This document shows positions 18,827 to 25,972 of a DNA stretch of 64,000 nucleotides, one piece after another. The DNA lies in IMG/VR virus record IMGVR_UViG_3300031994_000061, positions 21,868-85,867 of that record; one strand, given 5' to 3'. A program made the translations under genes and the position numbers. The notes below the pieces were generated by a model. That model saw only the letters and a list, made by a program, of their open reading frames with translations. It was not told the origin of the DNA and ran no database searches. Source of the DNA: a virus. Lineage: Duplodnaviria > Caudoviricetes. How positions within the stretch are numbered: the stretch's first letter is position 1; every line of letters starts with the position of its first letter.

Positions 18827-20071
18827 TTAATATAAATGATAAGCTTTCTTTCTAATACTGATTAGTAAATCATCTACGAACCTCTCGTCGATTTTGGCTG
18901 GAATTGTTGACTCAGCAATAGCCTTGTCAAGCTCTTCCTTATCCTCATCAACGATTGCCATTAGTTCATCATATTCGAACTTATGATTTCTGACATCCAT
19001 CAAGAACTCCCTGTCACCAGCTTCACGTCTGTCAAGAATAAGTCCCTTACCCTCTGCAATCTCTCTACCCATTCTCATAAGTCTGATACAGTGCATCATG
19101 TTCTTTGAGTCATAGTTCTTATCGAGATTTGATTCATAACGCTTCGGGTTGCGGTTCTGTTCCCACTCCTTGTACTCCTTATACTTCTTGCAGTGGTCTT
19201 GGAAACCACTCTCGTTGTATACCATATGAACAAGAGGTTTTTCTCCTTTTGATACAGAAGAACCACGCATATCAGTAGCTTGGTCAAGGCACATACCACG
19301 ATAATGCTTTACAACCTTATTCTCTTCGAACCACTTGTTGAAAGTATTCCAGTTGGTTAATTCATACTTGAAGACGATAAAGTGAGACAAACGTCCAAGC
19401 TCATCACCACTAACAGTATCACTTGAATAACCGTTAAACAGCATTTCAGCAGTAATACCTTTAGCCTTGAAATGAGCACCGAAGTCATAGTATACACCAT
19501 AGGTATCGTGCATGTTAGGAATATGTACAAGTCCGCAGAAGTCCTTCTCAAGTCCACGATTCCACAGCCAATCCTTTATCTTGGTGCTACCCTGGTTGTA
19601 GAAGGTATATGCAAAGTCATAAGGAGTAAGACGCTCTGTTACTGGATTCACAATCTTCTTGTTCAATCCACGAGCCTTCTTAATCTGCATGACAGCATAA
19701 CCCACGAACGGGTTGAAACACTGTTTGGTGATGAACTTATCCTTGTTCTCAAAGAGTTCAGCAAGGATTGGAGAAGGCTTAGTGAGAATCTTGTCTTCTG
19801 GAACAAACAGTGATTCGATAATGCTAGGGTTAGACTTCATAAGCATATGCATATACTTGCGAAGCTCATACCATGTATTATCATTCTTTGCATCCGCAAC
19901 AAGCTCCTGGTATCCAAGACCGATACCAAGTAGGGTATTGTGAGGTGCAATGAAGAGTCCACTGCTATCAACGTCTGAATCCTGGTTATTCAGACCATAG
20001 AGGTGAGAACCCCTCACATACTCGTAGAGGAGTCTACCGTCTTCTCTGATTTTATCGAAATTAGTCTTCAT
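18827..20071 (-). CDS. Pol-beta superfamily nucleotidyltransferase (RlaP/Nuc-transf-like)
   Basis: VRGSHLYGL...SDVD, KSNPSIIESLF, YDSKNMMHCIRL, LMDVRNHK; ATG at 20071. Confidence 0.85.
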   Translation of the reverse strand: MKTNFDKIREDGRLLYEYVRGSHLYGLNNQDSDVDSSGLFIAPHNTLLGIGLGYQELVADAKNDNTWYELRKYMHMLMKSNPSIIESLFVPEDKILTKPSPILAELFENKDKFITKQCFNPFVGYAVMQIKKARGLNKKIVNPVTERLTPYDFAYTFYNQGSTKIKDWLWNRGLEKDFCGLVHIPNMHDTYGVYYDFGAHFKAKGITAEMLFNGYSSDTVSGDELGRLSHFIVFKYELTNWNTFNKWFEENKVVKHYRGMCLDQATDMRGSSVSKGEKPLVHMVYNESGFQDHCKKYKEYKEWEQNRNPKRYESNLDKNYDSKNMMHCIRLMRMGREIAEGKGLILDRREAGDREFLMDVRNHKFEYDELMAIVDEDKEELDKAIAESTIPAKIDERFVDDLLISIRKKAYHLY

Positions 20072-20864
20072 CTTCAAATTTAATTAACTTATCAATGTAA
20101 TTTCTATCCTCACCCTTAAGGATTGGCATTTCGTAGTCAATAACCCACTTTTCACCTTTCTTGACAACTGCTGTGCCACGTTTCTCTGGAACGGTAAGGT
20201 TATTCCAGTTGATGCCGAAATTATCCATTAGCATATCCTGCATCTGGCTTGAGTTCTTTCCATGTAGTTGCCTATATGAGAACTTGGACTGTGCCAGTGA
20301 AGAAATAGAGTTACGTGTAGCATCCTGTTGTCTCCAGAGAACACAGTTAGTTACTTCCTCAACAGGAGTGTTGAACACACGTGCATCGAACATTGCTCCT
20401 TTGTTAATAGCTTTTTCATAAACAGAGTTTAGCTTATGTGCATTTTCATCAACTTCAACATTGGCGAATGTCCCTAAGAACCATTCAGAATACGCCTTCT
20501 CGAATTCCTGGTTGAAATACAGTGTACACATAGAAGCAGCCACAGAACATATCTTCTGAGTACTGTAATCAAACCAAGCATTTGTGTCAAGCGTCTCATA
20601 GTCAATCAGAATAAGTGTAATCTCATCCGACTGAGTATAACCAAACACACAACCCTGGATATTCTCGCACAACCTCAGAGTTGTCTGCTGCATTGCTTTC
20701 ATCATCACCTTATCAAATGGTTTATCGAAACCACGTGTAAAGGTGTGGAATGCCTTACCATCCAGTCTAATGATGACTGGCATACGTCTTACGAGATAAG
20801 TCTTAGCTCTGTTCTCGTAGTTATTTTTCATCCTGTCTCCCAGACTATCTCTCTTATTTGCCAT
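20061..20864 (-). CDS. thg1: tRNA(His) guanylyltransferase (Thg1 family)
   Basis: RLDGKAFHTFT, YTQSDEITL, FDAR, WRQQDATRNS. Confidence 0.92.
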   Translation of the reverse strand: MANKRDSLGDRMKNNYENRAKTYLVRRMPVIIRLDGKAFHTFTRGFDKPFDKVMMKAMQQTTLRLCENIQGCVFGYTQSDEITLILIDYETLDTNAWFDYSTQKICSVAASMCTLYFNQEFEKAYSEWFLGTFANVEVDENAHKLNSVYEKAINKGAMFDARVFNTPVEEVTNCVLWRQQDATRNSISSLAQSKFSYRQLHGKNSSQMQDMLMDNFGINWNNLTVPEKRGTAVVKKGEKWVIDYEMPILKGEDRNYIDKLIKFEDED

Positions 20865-21537
20865 TTTTCTTCTTGATTATTAATGTTGAATCACTATAGT
20901 TTATCATTATATCTCCAAACCGACTGAGCATTTTTTGTCCAAATAATGGAGAATCATCAGCACTACCACCTTCTGGGTCTGATGTACATTTGACAGAATC
21001 TATCCTAATACCAGTCAGTTCCACTGATTTAAGCAGATATTCTACGCACTCATGTTCTTTTCCATCAGCATAGATACATGTTGCTGTCCCTACAGGTTTC
21101 TTAGAATCAAGTAACCCCTGGTGTTCTAGGAATAAAACCTCTACTGGTGTTAGGTGTATATCAGCACATCCAGTATCAAGTAAAAAACGCATTTCAACTC
21201 CATTAATCTTTGGTCTGATATACATCATATTATTGCTGATTTCAAGTTTTATCTTGATTGTATTCTCAACCTCTGGAGTTGGAATCTCTTGCTCTGGCAA
21301 TGTGTCATTGACGATACCTATGTTGGTAAGTCCTTCATTAGCTTCCTGTTTAATTCTTTGTAAGCTGAAAGCTTCTGCAACCCTGTTATAAGCAGTATCC
21401 TTATATTCGGTAAGTTTCTCTCCAACCCTGTCGATTGCTGCTGGTCCACCAACAACAAACACGAAAGAGATACACACGACTAGTATAAGAACCAGAAGTA
21501 TCTTAATACTCTTGAATAAACAACCCTTATTTTTCAT
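20854..21537 (-). CDS. membrane-anchored retropepsin-like (clan AA) aspartyl protease
   Basis: N-terminal TM helix; INGVEMRFLLDTGC; LFGQKMLSRF. Confidence 0.85.
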   Translation of the reverse strand: MKNKGCLFKSIKILLVLILVVCISFVFVVGGPAAIDRVGEKLTEYKDTAYNRVAEAFSLQRIKQEANEGLTNIGIVNDTLPEQEIPTPEVENTIKIKLEISNNMMYIRPKINGVEMRFLLDTGCADIHLTPVEVLFLEHQGLLDSKKPVGTATCIYADGKEHECVEYLLKSVELTGIRIDSVKCTSDPEGGSADDSPLFGQKMLSRFGDIMINYSDSTLIIKKKNGK

Positions 21538-21769
21538 TGCTAATTATTTTTTTTAATGCATTAACACAGTCGGAATATCTCATGTGACCCTTGGTTACAA
21601 CCTTTCTATCCTTCAGTGCTCTAAACTCATGATGCCGATATACAGAGCAATGGTTATGGCAAGTCTGCTCTATATATTCTATAACATAACCCTTATATTT
21701 ATATCTCCTTAACACTCCAGGCTTACTCCAGGGTGTACATTCAAACCAAGGTGCTGTTTTACTTTCCAT
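21527..21769 (-). CDS. hypothetical protein
   Basis: ORF track; overlapping neighbours. Confidence 0.6.
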   Translation of the reverse strand: MESKTAPWFECTPWSKPGVLRRYKYKGYVIEYIEQTCHNHCSVYRHHEFRALKDRKVVTKGHMRYSDCVNALKKIISNEK

Positions 21770-22121
21770 TGTTAATCATCGCTTTTAGTGATGGTGTTAT
21801 GTTCTTTATTCCAAACAATACGTTCTCGTATACGGTTGGGTCAATCTCAGTAATTTCACCAGCCAACACACTATTAACAAAGTCTAATGACGGAATTGGT
21901 AATCCTTTTGGTTCATATGAGATATTACAATGTCCACCATTAACATTGTCGAGAATACATATATAGTCAATGATAGGTGTGTAGTCTTCATAACCAATAC
22001 ACCTTTGGAAATACCCATCGTTAATTTTGTAGACATGGCCTTCCTTGTAGGTATACTTCTTAAACTCGCTCAAGCTTATATACTTATTTATGCTGCGGAT
22101 GTAAATATCATTATTCTTCAT
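21759..22121 (-). CDS. hypothetical protein
   Basis: ORF track. Confidence 0.65.
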   Translation of the reverse strand: MKNNDIYIRSINKYISLSEFKKYTYKEGHVYKINDGYFQRCIGYEDYTPIIDYICILDNVNGGHCNISYEPKGLPIPSLDFVNSVLAGEITEIDPTVYENVLFGIKNITPSLKAMINNGK

Positions 22122-22122
22122 A

Positions 22123-22362
22123 TCATTTATGATTGTTATGTTTACGAACTTCCTCTATAGTCCACCTTGGGATAAAATATGTTTTATCTGGGCATCTTGA
22201 ATTCTTCTTGAGGTGGGTGAACCTTTTATCAACCTCATCTGTTTTGCCAGAATTCTCTGCTGCAATGTAAGCTGCCCCACAAGTGTACGTCTCGTAGTCA
22301 CAGTTTATGGCCAGTTTCCTGTCACAATTCTTGCAGAATGGTTTACGTCCTATCTGAGCCAT
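22123..22362 (-). CDS. small Cys-containing hypothetical protein
   Basis: ORF track. Confidence 0.6.
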   Translation of the reverse strand: MAQIGRKPFCKNCDRKLAINCDYETYTCGAAYIAAENSGKTDEVDKRFTHLKKNSRCPDKTYFIPRWTIEEVRKHNNHK

Positions 22363-22364
22363 TG

Positions 22365-22745
22365 TTATTTAGAATTAATATATATCATTTCGTACCAATC
22401 ACCGTCTTCAACAATCTCAAAGCCTTCGGATTTATACAGGTGTAATGCCCTGTAGTTACCATGAGCGCAGGACAGGTATATGTTTATCTCACCACACATT
22501 TCTTTTATATGCCTCAGCATTTGTCTACCAATACCTTTATTTCGGTTATTTTCATTCCAAATACCAAAACTATGGAGGTATATACCACCTCTAATTTTAG
22601 AATAATAAATCGATAATGACCCGATTTTTTTTTTGGTTGACTCCATAATAGCGTATAACGTACCACTTGGCGCAAGTGGTACATCGTATCCACCCTCACA
22701 TAGCGGAATATAATTACCTTCGAATTTCAAACTTATATCTTCCAT
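22365..22745 (-). CDS. GNAT-family acetyltransferase
   Basis: NRNKGIGRQML and NYRALHLYKSEGF. Confidence 0.85.
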   Translation of the reverse strand: MEDISLKFEGNYIPLCEGGYDVPLAPSGTLYAIMESTKKKIGSLSIYYSKIRGGIYLHSFGIWNENNRNKGIGRQMLRHIKEMCGEINIYLSCAHGNYRALHLYKSEGFEIVEDGDWYEMIYINSK

Positions 22746-22773
22746 TTTTTGTTTATCTTTTTATTTTCTGTTG

Positions 22774-22822
22774 CAAAGATACACAAAAAAAACGAGATAA
22801 CCAAATGTTACCCCGTTTTTTA
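22774..22822 (-). promoter_or_regulatory. Bacteroidota promoter (TTTG-N20-TATCTTTG) overlapping an intrinsic terminator
   Basis: -7 box 22774-22781, -33 box 22802-22805 in the loop of hairpin AAAAAACGGGGTAAC/GTTATCTCGTTTTTT. Confidence 0.8.
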
Positions 22823-22841
22823 ATGTTTTTTAATGGTTGAA

Positions 22842-23339
22842 TTACCAACCAAAATCTTCACAATCCCACCAGTGAGTCTCACCGATAAGCTCCTTGTTCA
22901 TTGGAGGAGGACAGTTCAGTGGCTGACGAACAGCCTGGCACTTTGTGATAGGTGCGTTACCCTTCTTGCCCATTCCACGAGCGATACAGTCCTCACCAGC
23001 TTCTACGAACTTGTCGTATGCAGCGTGGTCGCTCTCGAACTGCCAACGCTTGTCGTAATCCTCGCAACGAGGCTCATCAATCTCAAATGCTGCGCCAAAA
23101 CGCTTGTTCTCACATGCTGGTGTTCCAGCGATACCCCACTCTGGGGCTGGTGCGCCACAACCACATGGGTTTGGACGTGGTGTCCACTGTGGCTTGCAAG
23201 GTTCAGCAGGACGTGGTGTCCATGCTGGCTTGTTGCAACGAGGTGCTGGCTTCTCAAAAACCTGTGAGATAGCCTCACCAATCTTCTCTGCTACGTCACT
23301 GAACGTAGGAATACCGATAACAAAAATTTTTGCTTCCAT
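22842..23339 (-). CDS. Pro/Cys-rich hypothetical protein
   Basis: own promoter and terminator; repeat KPAWTPRP/KPQWTPRP. Confidence 0.65.
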   Translation of the reverse strand: MEAKIFVIGIPTFSDVAEKIGEAISQVFEKPAPRCNKPAWTPRPAEPCKPQWTPRPNPCGCGAPAPEWGIAGTPACENKRFGAAFEIDEPRCEDYDKRWQFESDHAAYDKFVEAGEDCIARGMGKKGNAPITKCQAVRQPLNCPPPMNKELIGETHWWDCEDFGW

Positions 23340-23389
23340 AACTATTAAAGTTTATATTAAGTTTTTTCGTAAACTTGTGATTTACGGTG

Positions 23390-23421
23390 CAAAGATATAT
23401 ATTTTTTTCCTTAATTCCAAA
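23390..23421 (-). promoter_or_regulatory. Bacteroidota promoter (TTTG-N20-TATCTTTG)
   Basis: -7 box 23390-23397, -33 box 23418-23421. Confidence 0.8.
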
Positions 23422-23447
23422 TTTTCTGAGAATTTTTTTTCATTTTT

Positions 23448-23885
23448 CTATCTTTTTCCACCAAAATGCCTTCCAGAAGGTCTGTTTCCACCTCTATTTA
23501 TATTATTAGGTACGTGTCTGTGCGTGTGACCTCCTCTGTTAATATCTGGTCTGTGTGTACCTCCTGGGTGTGGTTCGTGATGATAACTTGGCTGGTGAGG
23601 TCTATGGCGATAAAAGTCTCTAGGAACTGGTCTATGATGCCTTGGAGGTAATGGTCTTGCATAATGTCTGAAATGCCATCCGTTGTTGTAATAGTAAGGA
23701 TAGTAGTATAGGTCACGATAGATGTAGTACATGAGTAGACCATCAGTATTATAATATGGAGTTCCGTTTGATACGATAACGGAAATGTCAGCCTCATCGT
23801 CAAGCTGAGCGTAGGCTGCTGTCACGCATGATGTCAGACTGAATGACATCACTAATCCAACAATAAATAAAAAAATCTTTTTCAT
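23448..23885 (-). CDS. lipoprotein with Pro/His/Arg-rich tail
   Basis: MKKIFLFIVGLVMSFSLTSC lipobox; Tyr-rich core; low-complexity C-terminus. Confidence 0.75.
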   Translation of the reverse strand: MKKIFLFIVGLVMSFSLTSCVTAAYAQLDDEADISVIVSNGTPYYNTDGLLMYYIYRDLYYYPYYYNNGWHFRHYARPLPPRHHRPVPRDFYRHRPHQPSYHHEPHPGGTHRPDINRGGHTHRHVPNNINRGGNRPSGRHFGGKR

Positions 23886-23913
23886 AAGCATACGTGTTTT
23901 ACAATAACTAGTG

Positions 23914-23945
23914 CAAAGATATGGAGTTTTTTTTAAAAATACAAG
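23914..23945 (-). promoter_or_regulatory. Bacteroidota promoter (CTTG-N20-TATCTTTG)
   Basis: -7 box 23914-23921, -33 box 23942-23945. Confidence 0.75.
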
Positions 23946-24017
23946 TATTTATAGTATAATTAGGGATTTCCAGATACATTTTAGGGAAAACCATATTTAT
24001 AATAGGGATTTTACAAT

Positions 24018-24299
24018 ATGAAACAGATAATCAGATTAACAGAAAGTGACCTTCACAAGATTGTGAAAGAGGCAGTGAATAAGATACTTAAGGAAGGTGC
24101 TTTTGACAAGTATCCTGGCGAAGACCAGATGAATATAGCACTTGATAGTAATATGAACACCCAGGACGATACTGGGTTTGCGCACGCATATGTCATGGGA
24201 GACCCTATGGCTGAGAAGATGAAGGGTTCTACTATGCGCCACATGCTACATAACCAAATGGGAAACAGAATAGATAGTCCAGATTTTGATATAAAATAA
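24018..24299 (+). CDS. putative head-packaged protein with LTESDL leader
   Basis: MKQIIRLTESDLHKIVKEAVNKILKE; TATTTATA at 23946 and 23994. Confidence 0.75.
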   Translation: MKQIIRLTESDLHKIVKEAVNKILKEGAFDKYPGEDQMNIALDSNMNTQDDTGFAHAYVMGDPMAEKMKGSTMRHMLHNQMGNRIDSPDFDIK

Positions 24300-24329
24300 A
24301 AAGGGAGCTTAACTAGCCCCCTTTTTTTT
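24299..24329. terminator. bidirectional intrinsic terminator
   Basis: AAAGGGAGCT-taact-AGCCCCCTTTTTTT between convergent genes. Confidence 0.65.
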
Positions 24330-24746
24330 ATAGTGTGTCATAACTTTCTTGTAATAATTTCCACTCCTGTTTTTCCAAGCTCCGTAGAAGCCACTGTTCC
24401 AGCACTTTATGGCTTTCTCAACATTGTGTTCTGGGTTGAAATGTTCCTGTAGCAGGATAAACATTTCCTTGGATTTCTTAGCATTATATCTATCTCCCTT
24501 GGTATAACGCCTGTTAGAATTCCTCTTTTCGAGGATTTGATTGCACTCCTTCACCAAAATTGGTGTAATTTGTAGGATTCCAGCACAGTCTCCGTTAGGA
24601 TTATGCGCCTTTTGGTTTCCTTCACTTTCTACTGCTATGATGGCATCCATAACAGGATTCCAATCATACGTTGTCTTTTCTTGTGCCATGACACTAATAG
24701 GAAGTGCCAACATGCACGATAAAATAATTTTTTTTAGTCTCATCAT
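24309..24746 (-). CDS. secreted lysozyme-like protein (lytic transglycosylase/SLT-like)
   Basis: signal peptide ending VMA-Q; DAIIAVES catalytic Glu, GILQI, WNSG. Confidence 0.75.
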   Translation of the reverse strand: MMRLKKIILSCMLALPISVMAQEKTTYDWNPVMDAIIAVESEGNQKAHNPNGDCAGILQITPILVKECNQILEKRNSNRRYTKGDRYNAKKSKEMFILLQEHFNPEHNVEKAIKCWNSGFYGAWKNRSGNYYKKVMTHYKKKGAS

Positions 24747-24760
24747 TTATAAATTTATGT

Positions 24761-24831
24761 GAGGCTCGTATGCAGTATGCTGCACCGATATGGTGACGAT
24801 ATGTGAGAGCGAGTTACGTCACCGTCTCCTC
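24761..24831. ncRNA. candidate structured RNA element (two hairpins plus pseudoknot)
   Basis: GC-rich intergenic island with several complementary segments; matches no family I can recognise. Confidence 0.35.
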
Positions 24832-24843
24832 TTATTAATATTC

Positions 24844-25218
24844 CTAGAAATCATACTTTGACAGAGTTCCATACTTACTGATTTTGTTATCATACCAGTC
24901 TCTTGTAACCTGGCGAAGGAATCCGTCTCTTTCTTTTTCGTTACTTATTATGTTCATAAAATTATTCTCAGAGTTGAGCATGTCTATTACATCGTCGAAC
25001 CACATGGATGATTCAGTAGGGAGGTGTTTATCGTTCAGTTGAACAAATATACCAACACTCTTCCTAGTACCGTCTGGTGCGGCTTTCTCGATGGATGCTC
25101 TCATGAAGTTATCATCCAGAAACTTTTTAACCAATGTTATCTTGTCCCCGTATGACTCATTCACAATTCTTTTCTTTATGCCGTTGAAGGCTTTCTCTGA
25201 TAGTATAAACGTTTTCAT
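24844..25218 (-). CDS. hypothetical late protein with degenerate cargo leader
   Basis: MKTFILSEKAFNGIKKRIVNES; TATTTATA on the minus strand at 25238-25245. Confidence 0.7.
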   Translation of the reverse strand: MKTFILSEKAFNGIKKRIVNESYGDKITLVKKFLDDNFMRASIEKAAPDGTRKSVGIFVQLNDKHLPTESSMWFDDVIDMLNSENNFMNIISNEKERDGFLRQVTRDWYDNKISKYGTLSKYDF

Positions 25219-25245
25219 ATCAATTCTAACATTATACTATAAATA

Positions 25246-25809
25246 TCAGCTCACTAGCTTTTTATTCAACGGCATCATGTAGAATACAGCTTCTGGTATC
25301 CTAAATACCTCAATGAACCCAAGTCTTTCCCAATACCTGTGGCTCTTTAAGTCTATCTCAACACCAGCCCATATGAAGTCGTAGTTCTTGATGAGGAAGT
25401 TGATATTGTGAAACAACATCTTCCTATCTAAACCCGTACCTCTAAGTCTCTCATCAATGATGAATGAGTGACCGTTTACTTGTACGAACTGACTGAGATA
25501 TTCAGCCATATCCTGGTTCAGCAGTCTTATAGGGCTTCCGATTGTTATCGGATATTCACAGAACATCAACAGTCCATATATCTCTCCTGTTTCCTTATCA
25601 ACCAGCTTTATTGATTCATCCAGTCTAGCTCTTGACTGTAGCAATTGCTGGTAAGCTTCCTCTGCTGAATACATATCGAATGCCTTGGACAATGTATTGC
25701 ATATTGCCTCTATGTCCTCTGGGCAAGTCTTCCTAATTTCAATTCTTTCTAACAAGTCGTTTTTAGTTAAGTTGTTGTCAACGAGCTTGTTACATAAATC
25801 TATCATCAT
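25246..25809 (-). CDS. GNAT-like acetyltransferase
   Basis: IDERLRGTGLDRKML and YWERLGF. Confidence 0.65.
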   Translation of the reverse strand: MMIDLCNKLVDNNLTKNDLLERIEIRKTCPEDIEAICNTLSKAFDMYSAEEAYQQLLQSRARLDESIKLVDKETGEIYGLLMFCEYPITIGSPIRLLNQDMAEYLSQFVQVNGHSFIIDERLRGTGLDRKMLFHNINFLIKNYDFIWAGVEIDLKSHRYWERLGFIEVFRIPEAVFYMMPLNKKLVS

Positions 25810-25832
25810 GGCTTGATAAAGATTTACAAGTG

Positions 25833-25874
25833 CAAAGATACAGAAAAAAAATTAAATAACCAAATTTTTCTGTA
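25833..25874 (-). promoter_or_regulatory. Bacteroidota promoter (TTTG-N20-TATCTTTG) with flanking 10-bp inverted repeat
   Basis: -7 box 25833-25840, -33 box 25861-25864; TACAGAAAAA...TTTTTCTGTA. Confidence 0.75.
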
Positions 25875-25897
25875 TAAAAATGCTTATTTTTAACAAA

Positions 25898-25928
25898 AAG
25901 GAGGAGAAAAGCGAATAATCTCCTCCTT
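25898..25928 (-). terminator. intrinsic terminator downstream of the clpC-like gene
   Basis: AAGGAGGAGA...TCTCCTCCTT stem. Confidence 0.75.
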
Positions 25929-25972
25929 AAAAAGTAATAGTACGATAAACAAAATATTTAAAAATTATGAGA

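Noticed and set aside
22623-22633. Second long homopolymer run (T tract on the plus strand) as a slippage site
   Set aside because: It lies in frame inside the intact GNAT gene (TKKKI), and I saw no alternative extended frame.
24761-24831. HDV-like (theta) or twister ribozyme assignment for the structured element
   Set aside because: Lacks the P3/L3 UUCxCG and catalytic J4/2 layout of HDV-like ribozymes and the L4 loop of twister; kept only as an unassigned candidate.
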